Positions 1-9,663 of a stretch of DNA of 64,000 bases are shown in pieces. Position numbers and translations under genes: made by a program. Location of the stretch: the IMG/VR virus record IMGVR_UViG_3300045988_079296, positions 1 to 64,000 of that record. One strand, given 5' to 3'. How positions within the stretch are numbered: the stretch's first letter is position 1; each line of letters starts with the position of its first letter. The DNA is from a virus. The notes beneath the pieces are model-generated. The model searched no databases. It was not told the origin of the DNA and saw nothing but the letters and a program-made list of their open reading frames with translations.

Positions 1-3000
1 AAGTCATCACACCAATAGTCTCCTTCAGCCGCAATCATATTGCCGTCAATCATATTGCCGTCAATCATATATTTTCTGTTATATGACTGCATAATAGGTC
101 TTAACTGAACTGTGGATTGAGTTGCGCCCGTTATCGGAGTAGTCGTTGTTCCTCCGCTTACATGAGTCAAAGCATTAACAGCCGTTTGTAACGGAGTTTG
201 CCAACTTCTTGAATCATGTCCTTCACCTCCGCTGGTATCGAAAATAGGAAGCAAATATATGCTACTTCCCGTTACATTGCCAATTACAAACTGGCGGTCA
301 AGTTGGTCTTTCCAAATAGCTCCAATATCAGCCGTAACCATACCATTGGAATTTGGAATGTACGGGATAATGTACCCGTGTTGTGCATATAGATGCCAAT
401 ATACGGAGCTTTGAAAGAACGGAGCAGTACTATCACCATGCGAAGATTGCAAGTAAGTTGAAACCATCAATTGAGCATCCGTTAAATCGCTTGGTCCAAC
501 ATAAGCAGCCTTCGGAGATATCAAACCATTGAGGTTTGTATAATAAAGTACGATTATGTCTTTCGTTTTTGCTTTGTTATAGCTTGAACGAACATAGAAC
601 AAATAGGTATTCAAAGAAGTTTCCATACCGTAGATATGAACCTTCATCAAACCGCTTGTTTCTTTACCAAGTTGAGAAAGGTCGTAATAATCACCCTCCG
701 TCATAATTTCCAACTTAACTTGGTAAAGATTACTGCAATTAGCCAATATATAAGAAGTTCCAGCTGGAAAATGTAGTTTAGCTCTATCAAGTTGATAGCT
801 TCCTCCCACTGGAGTTGAAACATAATATTCAGCTCCCAGATGATTATTCTCTTCGTCATAATAATGTACAAAGGAAATTCCAGTATTTGAGCCATATCCA
901 GAAGTCAAACGATAATCCAAATTAACATCCGCTATATCATAACGGGTGTAATAGAATGAACCATTCGTTGCAGGAACTCCCGAAGCATTAATGAATTGCC
1001 CTCTTACTTGAGATATCATTTCTTGAAGAGTGTAAGTTTTTTGACGTAATATTTCGTCATGCTTAGCAACTTCCTCTTGCATTTCTTTGATATCAATATT
1101 CTCTGCAACCGCAATATTTACAGTCGGAGCTTTCGGATAATTAGAACGCCAGTTTATAGCTACCTTAGCAGTTCCAATCGGGAACTTAACAATTTCGTCC
1201 AAGCCATAACCAGGCACTGGGTTGGGATACATACCTCGTATCGGCAAACCTTCGGAGTTAAAAGCTACCATAAAGTAAATACCGCCCGAAGATTGTGGCC
1301 AACGTGTTATAACAACATGATACTTCTTTGTATAATCTGGTATGACTACATCTTGATGAACATAATCCGAAGTTATAAGAATAGTTCCATCAGGTCTTTG
1401 ATAACCGTCAACAACCGCTCCTACATCAATGGAATCACCGTCTTTATAGGTCAACAATCCTAAACTATAAAAAGTGTCTTCCAAATCTTCCTTTCGGAAA
1501 GCTCCAAAATTATCTTGAGTTACTCTCAAGTTTGAATATCCTTCAGAGTTTGATGCTTTAGAATAATCAATTATGGCCAATTTAGCTCCCTCAGGAATTG
1601 ACATTGAATCGCCAGTCCAAGTCTGAAAACTTATGAAAGTTTCTTCCGAAGGATAACTTGAATTGAACCAAGCTACAAAAGATGGAATAGCTCCTTCGCA
1701 TTTTAAAGTGGTTGCACCTTTATAAAGGAAAGTCCAAGAACAATCCCATAATTCTAACGGCTGATAACTTCCATATATGCCATTTGTTGAACTTACTAAA
1801 TATCCCAACACAACATTCGGCTCTCCCGAAAAAGAACCATCTTTTGTTTGCGATTGATTCCAATTAAAATTATCTACGCCAGCGGATGACAGAGAAGCCA
1901 AATCAACTCCATACAAAGAACAACCGTCAACGCCCCAACGTAATACATTAACGCAACAACGTATATAGGCAGCTCCTGCTGGAATGTCCGCTACAGCATA
2001 TTCATACACTCCCGTATTTGTTCCTTCAATATCTCCCATGTAACAACTCAAAAATCGTTGTTGAGAGTCATAAAAAGCTATTGGAGTAATTTGTGAGATT
2101 GCGTTTCTCCAACCTCCTTGAAGTCTGATGGGCGTTTTACCCGTAATAGGTAGGAGTGGAGTTGAATCCAAACCAGTTGAACCTCTAACACCTCCCGTTT
2201 CCGTAACACATCTATCTTTTAGAGTAAAGAAGTAACCCGAAAGAGTTTTCTTGTTCTCCGCCACTAAAGCCTGACTTGCTCCAGCACCTTCCTGAATAAC
2301 TCGGAAGTTTCTATAACCACCGCTTTCTTCAACGTAATTTGCCTTGGGAATGTCTATTACAGCAAGTCTCGCTTCGGCTGGGATAGAAACTGTACCAGAA
2401 GTCACAACTGGTGAACTTGCGTTTATCCAAATTGACGTAATATAGTTAGCATCATCCGTATTGAGGTTTTTGAAGAACACTACAAGAATGTTTGAATTAA
2501 TCGGAATACCTTGAATGGTCAACTTTTTAGAACCATCGAAGATTTTGGTCAACGACACATCCCACACTTGAGTTCTCATCCATTTACTAACACCACTTGA
2601 AGTGGACAAAATATAGTTAGGTATTACCAAAGGAATGCAAGAGAACCCTCCATCCTCAGAAACAATCTTTGTTAATTCCAATAAATCGTCTCGTGTTTCG
2701 TTTACCAACCCAATCATAGACATATAATCAACTCCGATAATTCTTGGGAATTGCGCTTGAACTGTTCCCCTTACTATGTTTGCGGTACATTGAATGTATC
2801 TCGCTCCCACTGGTATATCCGAAGCCTTAACGGTGAAAATTTCATCCGTATTTTCTATGGGAGTATAAGACGATATGAATACAAAATTCTTATCGTAGAA
2901 CGCCACTGGAACTATATTATAATCTGGAGCGGGTGATAGCCAACCTCCTATCACCACAATATCTTCTTTTCCAGAAATAGGAAGATAATTTGTAGCAGCA

Positions 3001-3491
3001 AATCCTTGATTGGTAGTAGTTGAGCGTATTCCAGTTTTTGTAATATAATACCCGTTCTCCCACATATCCGCTCCCATAGTTTCGTAGAACTGTTGGTCAA
3101 CGGCTTCTTTCAAAGAGGACTCAACTACATCCGTTCCTATCCAAGCTCCTGCGGGATGGTCTGCGGTAAATCGGTACAAGATACCTTCATAGTTTACAAT
3201 CCTTCCTTTTTTGTACTCTTTGGAAGCACTAAACAATAAGAACCTCGTCAAACCCGTCAATTTGGAAGTTGCGGCTTGACTTAATACTGCGGTTTCATCC
3301 GAACCAATCGTTCCTGCGACTGTGCCTGAATAACCTCTCAATGGAAGTGAGTTCCAAGCATTAACTCCGTCACCGATTTTGTATTGATTAGGGTTATCCG
3401 TAACCCAACCAATCTCACCTTCTAACAAAATCGGATTGTAAGATGCCCATCGGGCAGCTGTGTCTCTCCGCTGTTGAATTCTATCAGCCAT
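1..3491 (-). CDS. Tail fibre / receptor-binding protein; 5' end complete, 3' end beyond the left edge (at least 1163 aa)
   Basis: Absent from the ORF track because no stop lies inside the window. Manual reverse translation from the ATG at 3489-3491 gives MADRIQQRRDTAARWASYNPILLEGEIGWVTDNPNQYKIGDGVNAWNSLPLRGYSG. I found no in-frame stop down to base 3 (frame spot-checked at six places). The N-terminus matches the conserved phage tail-fibre/hyaluronidase/Mtd N-terminal motif. Confidence 0.8.
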   Translation of the reverse strand, partial: MADRIQQRRDTAARWASYNPILLEGEIGWVTDNPNQYKIGDGVNAWNSLPLRGYSGTVAGTIGSDETAVLSQAATSKLTGLTRFLLFSASKEYKKGRIVNYEGILYRFTADHPAGAWIGTDVVESSLKEAVDQQFYETMGADMWENGYYITKTGIRSTTTNQGFAATNYLPISGKEDIVVIGGWLSPAPDYNIVPVAFYDKNFVFISSYTPIENTDEIFTVKASDIPVGARYIQCTANIVRGTVQAQFPRIIGVDYMSMIGLVNETRDDLLELTKIVSEDGGFSCIPLVIPNYILSTSSGVSKWMRTQVWDVSLTKIFDGSKKLTIQGIPINSNILVVFFKNLNTDDANYITSIWINASSPVVTSGTVSIPAEARLAVIDIPKANYVEESGGYRNFRVIQEGAGASQALVAENKKTLSGYFFTLKDRCVTETGGVRGSTGLDSTPLLPITGKTPIRLQGGWRNAISQITPIAFYDSQQRFLSCYMGDIEGTNTGVYEYAVADIPAGAAYIRCCVNVLRWGVDGCSLYGVDLASLSSAGVDNFNWNQSQTKDGSFSGEPNVVLGYLVSSTNGIYGSYQPLELWDCSWTFLYKGATTLKCEGAIPSFVAWFNSSYPSEETFISFQTWTGDSMSIPEGAKLAIIDYSKASNSEGYSNLRVTQDNFGAFRKEDLEDTFYSLGLLTYKDGDSIDVGAVVDGYQRPDGTILITSDYVHQDVVIPDYTKKYHVVITRWPQSSGGIYFMVAFNSEGLPIRGMYPNPVPGYGLDEIVKFPIGTAKVAINWRSNYPKAPTVNIAVAENIDIKEMQEEVAKHDEILRQKTYTLQEMISQVRGQFINASGVPATNGSFYYTRYDIADVNLDYRLTSGYGSNTGISFVHYYDEENNHLGAEYYVSTPVGGSYQLDRAKLHFPAGTSYILANCSNLYQVKLEIMTEGDYYDLSQLGKETSGLMKVHIYGMETSLNTYLFYVRSSYNKAKTKDIIVLYYTNLNGLISPKAAYVGPSDLTDAQLMVSTYLQSSHGDSTAPFFQSSVYWHLYAQHGYIIPYIPNSNGMVTADIGAIWKDQLDRQFVIGNVTGSSIYLLPIFDTSGGEGHDSRSWQTPLQTAVNALTHVSGGTTTTPITGATQSTVQLRPIMQSYNRKYMIDGNMIDGNMIAAEGDYWCDD
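32..70. repeat. 15-bp tandem repeat caatcatattgccgt, 2.6 copies, inside the fibre gene
   Basis: Read directly: copies at 32-46 and 47-61, partial copy at 62-70. Encodes MIDGN MIDGN MIA. Confidence 0.9.
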
Positions 3492-3525
3492 AATAATTAA
3501 TAATTTTATTAATGTGTTATCTTAA

Positions 3526-4212
3526 TCATCCTTGCGCATTACCGCAATTTATATTCCTTGCCCCTCCATACTTGGAGTCAGCTCGTCCTCCATCGAAGAC
3601 ACGGCTATCAAGAGCAGATAATTTCATTTGCATCTGCCATCTTGGGCCACTCTCCCAACTGTAAATTGCATCCTCTTCAGGGTTGTCCTCGTTATGCACA
3701 GATACGATTTCCCCAACCTTCAAGAGCTTTCCGTCATTTCCAATAGGTGCAGCAACGTCTGCATTCATCGCTGCTACAGATGGGTATGTTTTGCGGATTG
3801 TCAAGTTGTAATAAAAGTATGCTTGTTCAGCATCGCTTATTATATTCGTTGGAATAGCTTGGTATGACCAATATTGCATATTCCATAGTAATATAACCAA
3901 ATACCCTTCCATTTCTCCCGTAGTTATCTGGATTGAACGTCCTTGATAGTCTCGGAAGTTTAAGAAGGTAACAGTTTGGTCTTGCGCTACACCTGCTATG
4001 TAGCATACCCGTCCGTCATCGGGTTGAATCGGAACGGTATCAGCATAAGCTACGCCAATCAATGTGCTGGTAGTAGCAAGTTCCAAACTACGAATATAGT
4101 CAAGCATATTCAGGGCATAGTCTTGATGGTTTTCGGGTTGAATCTCCGTACCATTTGGACGCCCCATGAGCGTGTCTATAATCTTTTGTTTGGTATCGTC
4201 ATATCCTGCCAT
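3526..4212 (-). CDS. Hypothetical virion protein (fibre/baseplate block)
   Basis: 228-aa ORF in the track, co-oriented, 34 nt upstream of the fibre gene. No motif recognised. Confidence 0.65.
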   Translation of the reverse strand: MAGYDDTKQKIIDTLMGRPNGTEIQPENHQDYALNMLDYIRSLELATTSTLIGVAYADTVPIQPDDGRVCYIAGVAQDQTVTFLNFRDYQGRSIQITTGEMEGYLVILLWNMQYWSYQAIPTNIISDAEQAYFYYNLTIRKTYPSVAAMNADVAAPIGNDGKLLKVGEIVSVHNEDNPEEDAIYSWESGPRWQMQMKLSALDSRVFDGGRADSKYGGARNINCGNAQG

Positions 4213-4223
4213 AATGTAAATTA

Positions 4224-5081
4224 TTATTCGGTTACTTCTTCGTATTCAACTACAAGGTCAACTTCCTCAATCGTAGGATAGTTAAAACCTTCCTTGTAGT
4301 TCTTTAATAATTGTTCATTGGATGTCCACTTAGCTTTTTTAATCCTTCTTTGAACCCATATGCCTATACAAGCATTTGGCGCAAACTCTTCGGTTAAAAC
4401 TACACTATTATCTGCCTTGTTCTCCAACTTTCCCTCGAATGTGAAGGAAGATACCCCCGTTGTTATAAAGGAGCATGCTACGGGTGTCTCCAACACTGTC
4501 TCGTCTCTTCTTTCAATTCGGAACGTATCAGCCGTCAATCTCTTCGCTGTATAGGTGTCATCGTCTCGGAATGATTCACATATTGCATCCCACGTTCCTT
4601 CCAAACCTGCTTCTTCAACCTCAACTTGAACGTTCATCGGATAAAAGATAATTTCTTCACCCTTGATTGCTGGAGAGTCAATCTTTACCGTTACACCCGC
4701 ACGATAAAAAGAAGCGTCATAGAATTGTGCTCCAATCGGCTCTTGGTATCGGTTTGCGATATGCTCCATGGTCATAGTTTCGGGGTCAACCGCAACGGCT
4801 GCTACTTTGAAAAAAGCAAGATTTCCTTCGTCTGTAACGACTTTCAAAGATACGTTCTTTACAGGTTTATCAAACTTATTAACAAGGGCAAATGCAAGAG
4901 TTTCAGGAGTGCGCTTTTCCAATGTGTAGTTAGATATGAGGTCAAAGATATTATTCAATGCCCCATTCGGTACTGGACTGGAAGAAACGTAACCGCCCAA
5001 ACTTTTGTTTACATCGCTTTGAGGCGAAACACCTCCCGATTTTGATAAGGGGGCAGATGCCCCCGTAAGATACAACATCAT
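4224..5081 (-). CDS. Hypothetical virion protein (baseplate/fibre block)
   Basis: 285-aa ORF, with 11-nt and 2-nt gaps to its neighbours. No motif recognised. Confidence 0.65.
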   Translation of the reverse strand: MMLYLTGASAPLSKSGGVSPQSDVNKSLGGYVSSSPVPNGALNNIFDLISNYTLEKRTPETLAFALVNKFDKPVKNVSLKVVTDEGNLAFFKVAAVAVDPETMTMEHIANRYQEPIGAQFYDASFYRAGVTVKIDSPAIKGEEIIFYPMNVQVEVEEAGLEGTWDAICESFRDDDTYTAKRLTADTFRIERRDETVLETPVACSFITTGVSSFTFEGKLENKADNSVVLTEEFAPNACIGIWVQRRIKKAKWTSNEQLLKNYKEGFNYPTIEEVDLVVEYEEVTE

Positions 5082-5083
5082 AA

Positions 5084-6466
5084 TTATGAATAATTTCTTA
5101 GTTCAACAACTGGCTCGGTGAATGTAATGAAGAATTGAGAGTCACCAATTATTTGCTTCTCTCCGTTCTCATTAGTATATTCGGCAATAGCAAACTTCTG
5201 CTTTGGAGTTGATGTGTCTCCGTTTATCATTCGATAGCGGAGCGAAACTGTCAAATCTCCATAAGGAGCAGGAAGAAGTATTTTGTTTACATTGCTACCT
5301 TGACTTACCAATGTATTTCTTGGTAAACTATTTACAACGCTTTCCCCCGAATATAAGATTTCATACTCAATGTTCTCGTATGGAGGAAGAACAAAGAATT
5401 TCGTAACTGTTCCTTGCAATAACTCTTCGTCAAGATTGGAAATATACAAATCTTTGTTTTCGTTATTATCAATGATAACGCTCTTGAAAGTCTCGGCATT
5501 TACCAATACCCAATTTTTGAATAGTCCGTTCGGTATATTGCCCGTACCTAAGAAATTACATAAACCGCTTCTTATTCGGAATATGTTGGAGGTTGAAGTT
5601 GAAATAATCTCAAAGTTGGTTATCGTATAACCATGCTCAATAGTTATCTCCATCATATTGTTTGTTATCTTTTGAACCTGCAAAAGACTTACAAGCTCAT
5701 CAGATGTCGGTATTCCTCCCGAAGTATAAGAAGAACCGTTGAACATATAACCTGCTCTTTGGTCGGTTATGATAATACCATTACCAACAAACTCTATGGA
5801 AGCAAGAATGTATTGGTCAGCTGTAAGGCTCGGAACGTCCGCTGAATCAACTATCGTTATTTTGTAGCTGTCCATTTCATAAATGAGGCGGTTTTCTTCG
5901 TTAGGCTCAAACCCTGGTGTAAATGCTCCTACAACAGCGTACTGAACATTACTCTCTGGGTTGAATGAACCTGCGATAACGGCTGAGTTGTCGTTCGTTA
6001 CCGATACAACCTCATACTCTTCGATATTCAAAGATGAATTGAATTTGACCTTCGTTGGGAAGTTCGGTTGACCTCGCAATACTTCGGTAAAGGAAGTACC
6101 AACACCCTGCAATGTACCGTTTGCCGTCACAGACACCGTTCCTTTCTCGTAGTTCGTTGAATCATACTCCAGAATAATCCAACGCTTACTTCCCGTGTTT
6201 TGAACTGTAAGCGTCAAATCTTTCTCCATCACGATAGCTCGGAGCTGCGAGTCAATTGCTATTCCCTTATTAATAACAATCGTATTCAAAGTTCCACTCA
6301 AAGAAGTGACTTTGTAGTAATTGTTATCGGCAGTTTGTACTATGCCGTAAGTTTTAAGCATTGATTTTATCAACAGCTCGTAGCCATCCCCCTTGAGGAA
6401 CTTTACCAACCGTTGAAGCTCCGCTACCTCCAAGAATAAATTTGGACTGATTTTTAATTTTGACAT
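5084..6466 (-). CDS. Hypothetical baseplate/fibre-associated protein
   Basis: 460-aa ORF, tightly packed in the tail block. No motif recognised. Confidence 0.65.
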   Translation of the reverse strand: MSKLKISPNLFLEVAELQRLVKFLKGDGYELLIKSMLKTYGIVQTADNNYYKVTSLSGTLNTIVINKGIAIDSQLRAIVMEKDLTLTVQNTGSKRWIILEYDSTNYEKGTVSVTANGTLQGVGTSFTEVLRGQPNFPTKVKFNSSLNIEEYEVVSVTNDNSAVIAGSFNPESNVQYAVVGAFTPGFEPNEENRLIYEMDSYKITIVDSADVPSLTADQYILASIEFVGNGIIITDQRAGYMFNGSSYTSGGIPTSDELVSLLQVQKITNNMMEITIEHGYTITNFEIISTSTSNIFRIRSGLCNFLGTGNIPNGLFKNWVLVNAETFKSVIIDNNENKDLYISNLDEELLQGTVTKFFVLPPYENIEYEILYSGESVVNSLPRNTLVSQGSNVNKILLPAPYGDLTVSLRYRMINGDTSTPKQKFAIAEYTNENGEKQIIGDSQFFITFTEPVVELRNYS

Positions 6467-6477
6467 AGCGAAAATAT

Positions 6478-8172
6478 TTAAAAATTACTTATATAAACAA
6501 AGATTGTATTGAAGTTGAAGGACAACAAATATTTATTAACAATCTCCGTTATTTCCCGTTGAGAAAGAGAATTGTTATTTGTCTTTACATAGATGTAAAA
6601 TATCCTTGAACTCTGAATGAATCCCAAACTTGTTGCGTTTGCCACCGCTCCGCTCTTTAACGGAAGTATATTTGTTCCACGCACCAAAGGTCTTATCTTA
6701 TAATCCCATATTGATACCATTGCTCCGTTATCGGAAGACAATTGAATCTTTGGAAGTATATAACGAACGAAAGGATTGTTGAAATGTAAGTTCGTTCCTA
6801 TCCCAAGATTGGTTTTGATTTCATCGGTATTAATCGTGTTATAAGCATGAATTATACCTCTCGCAAAATACCAACAATTTCCAACCTTTCTTACAGTTGT
6901 GGTTTCAAAGAAGGTTTCCGATACTCCTGCTGCGTTCGGGGTTATGAAGGCATCAGTCAATTTATTCTTTGATGAATCAAATCCTTCCACTCCAAACAAT
7001 ATCTTAGTAGTATCACTCAAACCGCTCTGAATATAGAAAGCGAAACAGATTTCATAATCCATTCTTGAATCAACAACATATAGGTTTTCCGATACGTCCT
7101 GCGTGTCATTGATACGTCCCAATCCAACCTTACTGTTACTTCCAGAGGCATTTAGTCGGAGAACCTTTTTATCACCTAAAGTAGCCAACGAATATGAAGC
7201 CGTTCCAACCTTATTAATCACAAAGTTTGAGAGGTCTTCAAAGTCTGACGTTTTCTCCTTAGTCTTGTTGAGATTTTCTGAACGGCTCGTTCCTCTCCAC
7301 ATAGGTGAAGATTGACCTACGCACCATCCCATCTTCTCCAACGGTATAACTTCATACAAAAGCTCATCATATATTCGGGTACGCATAAGACGGATAAATT
7401 CACCGTCAATCGGAACGATAGTTCCATCAGCCAATACATCGCCCTTCTTTTTGAATATCATATTCGTACCTCTTTGACGTATTTGGTCATAGAAGTGTTG
7501 AGTCAAGTATTGCAAATCTTCCAATGTAACTTTAGTCTCATCGAAGTACAAACCACTTTGTTTCAAATACTCGTACAATAAAGAATAGTCATCATTGAAA
7601 TTTTCGTACCTCTTGAAGAACCTTATGAATAATCCGAAGAACTTCGCAACAGAACTCCATAGGTCAGTAAAGTCCTTATCTTCCTTCAAATCTGAATTGT
7701 CGGCTCTTATAATGTATTGCGGAAGTATGCCACGATAATATAATTTCTTGAATATGTTGTTTTCCAAGATTTTCAATTCAGGCTCGTTAATCGTATCTGA
7801 AAAGATACTTTTATCAATGGTAGGTGCTACGAAAATTTGCGGTTCAACCATTCCCGTAAAACTTACATCCACGAACTCTAAATCACCGACAGTTTCAGTT
7901 CCCGTCCTTTCGTATCGTACTTGTATATAAAAAGCTCCATCGGCATCCAACGGCTCTTCTTGAGCTGGGATAGCTCCCGTTGAAGGAACTTCAATCCAAT
8001 CGCTCCAAAATACCCCATCGGCAGTCATCCGTATTTCGGTTTTGACGGTACGGATATTGTTAAGCCCAGTGATGTTACTCGTTATGGAACTTAATTGGAC
8101 TTTTCCGTTGGCTTGCGAATTAACGTTCACCAACAGAATATCCCCTATTTCGTGCATCTTATTGTCTTTCAT
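6478..8172 (-). CDS. Hypothetical baseplate-distal protein
   Basis: 564-aa ORF following the baseplate J-like gene. No motif recognised. Confidence 0.65.
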   Translation of the reverse strand: MKDNKMHEIGDILLVNVNSQANGKVQLSSITSNITGLNNIRTVKTEIRMTADGVFWSDWIEVPSTGAIPAQEEPLDADGAFYIQVRYERTGTETVGDLEFVDVSFTGMVEPQIFVAPTIDKSIFSDTINEPELKILENNIFKKLYYRGILPQYIIRADNSDLKEDKDFTDLWSSVAKFFGLFIRFFKRYENFNDDYSLLYEYLKQSGLYFDETKVTLEDLQYLTQHFYDQIRQRGTNMIFKKKGDVLADGTIVPIDGEFIRLMRTRIYDELLYEVIPLEKMGWCVGQSSPMWRGTSRSENLNKTKEKTSDFEDLSNFVINKVGTASYSLATLGDKKVLRLNASGSNSKVGLGRINDTQDVSENLYVVDSRMDYEICFAFYIQSGLSDTTKILFGVEGFDSSKNKLTDAFITPNAAGVSETFFETTTVRKVGNCWYFARGIIHAYNTINTDEIKTNLGIGTNLHFNNPFVRYILPKIQLSSDNGAMVSIWDYKIRPLVRGTNILPLKSGAVANATSLGFIQSSRIFYIYVKTNNNSLSQREITEIVNKYLLSFNFNTIFVYISNF

Positions 8173-8470
8173 AAATCAAGTCTCCATTTTCTTTTGAATA
8201 ATCATCAGCATTATCTTCCTTCGGAGAAACAATCAAATCACCTCCTTCTACTTTGGCTGAGTCAGGATAATCGGAAGTTATTAACAATTCACCCTCTTGT
8301 CCGTGAGTGTCGTTGATAGTCATATCCTCTTCCAAAAGCTCCGCATCGTAAATCTCTGGGGAAGTCGTTCCATCATCGTTCATAGATGCAAAACAAGAGA
8401 TATGAAGGTTTTCAACGTCCGTCACATCCAATACTTTCGTTATCGTTTTTGTAGGTACAGTTGTTATCAT
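8159..8470 (-). CDS. Hypothetical small acidic baseplate protein
   Basis: 103-aa ORF that overlaps both neighbours by a few nt, consistent with translational coupling. Confidence 0.55.
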   Translation of the reverse strand: MITTVPTKTITKVLDVTDVENLHISCFASMNDDGTTSPEIYDAELLEEDMTINDTHGQEGELLITSDYPDSAKVEGGDLIVSPKEDNADDYSKENGDLIYERQ

Positions 8471-9663
8471 ATCGTTGTTAATACGCTTGCTTGGAATGAA
8501 TAATCAATTTCGTTCGGATAGAAGAACTCACTCAATACACCTCCGTTGTCCTCTATGATATTACCATCTAAATCACGCATTACAAAGCCTCTTATGCGTG
8601 GAAGTCGGTATTCGGGAACGTTTATATCACTATGCGGAGAAAAGTGTGTATCGGGCACGTATCGCACTCCATCTACATTCTTAGCCGCATACAGAAGGTT
8701 TTCCCACTCAACCTTATCTCCGTACTTCCAAAAACGATAATCAAACAGTTTGCCCATTTGAATTTGGATTTCTCTTCGTACCGTATCTTGGTTATATGCA
8801 GGGTCAATATCAACTCGGAACTCAATATCAACTGGAAGCCAATTCACATTGTTAAGTTTCAGGGCATATCCCGTTGTTGTATTCAAAAGCTCCGAAAGCG
8901 TGAGGAACTCTTCTGAATGACTCAATATCTCGTTGAATTCATCTTCGGTAAAGTCTTGCCCGTTTACCGACACAACAATCAAGTTGAACCGTCCGTCAGC
9001 ATCCATACCTCCTTTATGTACCTTGAGAACGTTATTGTTTATTTTCATAAACACTTGCTCCATGTAAGATAGTGTATTTCTCGCCAATTGGTTTACACTC
9101 TCTTTAATACGGATGCGGAACAAATCGTCATCCTCATCGTCTCTTCCTCCCGTAGCACGATACTCGTTGGTACAAGCTATGTGACCCGAAGGAATTGGAT
9201 TGATTTTATTTATAGACAATGGGTCAACGTTCGTACTTGCTCCTGCTGCATCACTTTTAATCTTAGCATAAGCAAAACCGTTTACGCCAATAACAACGTC
9301 CGTCTCTAAGGAGAAGTTCACGCCCGAAGAACTGGTGAAGGTTGTTGTATCCGCCAAGTAGGTTGTTCCCGTATCTCCAACCAACCGTATGTACGTGGAA
9401 CTTCCTTGAGCTCCAAATCTCGGAGCTACACCCCTCAATTTAGCAATTTCGTCCAAGTATTGACCATAAGCCGTATCGGGGAAAATATGACCTTCAACAA
9501 TAGCTTGGTTCACTAAACATTTTTGTCCTACCTTAGCGCAACCGAAAGCAAACCCATTCAAGACTGACTCTTGGGATATGTCGTTCACCTTATCGGTCTT
9601 GTTGAGAAAGATTTCAAGAAATATTTGCTTCAGCTCTTGTACTGGAATTATCTTTGTAATCAT
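8467..9663 (-). CDS. Baseplate J-like wedge protein (P2 gpJ / T4 gp6 type), tentative
   Basis: 398 aa. Its position in the baseplate block and overall N-terminal pattern (GFAFGCAKVGQ, GVAPRFGAQGSSTYIRL) resemble Baseplate_J proteins. Recalled by eye only. Confidence 0.55.
   Translation of the reverse strand: MITKIIPVQELKQIFLEIFLNKTDKVNDISQESVLNGFAFGCAKVGQKCLVNQAIVEGHIFPDTAYGQYLDEIAKLRGVAPRFGAQGSSTYIRLVGDTGTTYLADTTTFTSSSGVNFSLETDVVIGVNGFAYAKIKSDAAGASTNVDPLSINKINPIPSGHIACTNEYRATGGRDDEDDDLFRIRIKESVNQLARNTLSYMEQVFMKINNNVLKVHKGGMDADGRFNLIVVSVNGQDFTEDEFNEILSHSEEFLTLSELLNTTTGYALKLNNVNWLPVDIEFRVDIDPAYNQDTVRREIQIQMGKLFDYRFWKYGDKVEWENLLYAAKNVDGVRYVPDTHFSPHSDINVPEYRLPRIRGFVMRDLDGNIIEDNGGVLSEFFYPNEIDYSFQASVLTTI

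Noticed and set aside
32-70. Treating the 15-bp tandem repeat, or the intergenic repeat families, as a CRISPR array.
   Set aside because: The 15-mer copies are contiguous with no spacers and lie in frame inside a gene. The intergenic repeats are kilobases apart and coincide with promoters. No cas genes are present.
1-3491. A diversity-generating retroelement associated with the Mtd-like fibre.
   Set aside because: Only the N-terminal adaptor motif is shared with Mtd. No reverse transcriptase, Avd-like gene or template/variable repeat pair is visible in the window. The fibre C-terminus lies outside the window, so this cannot be assessed.
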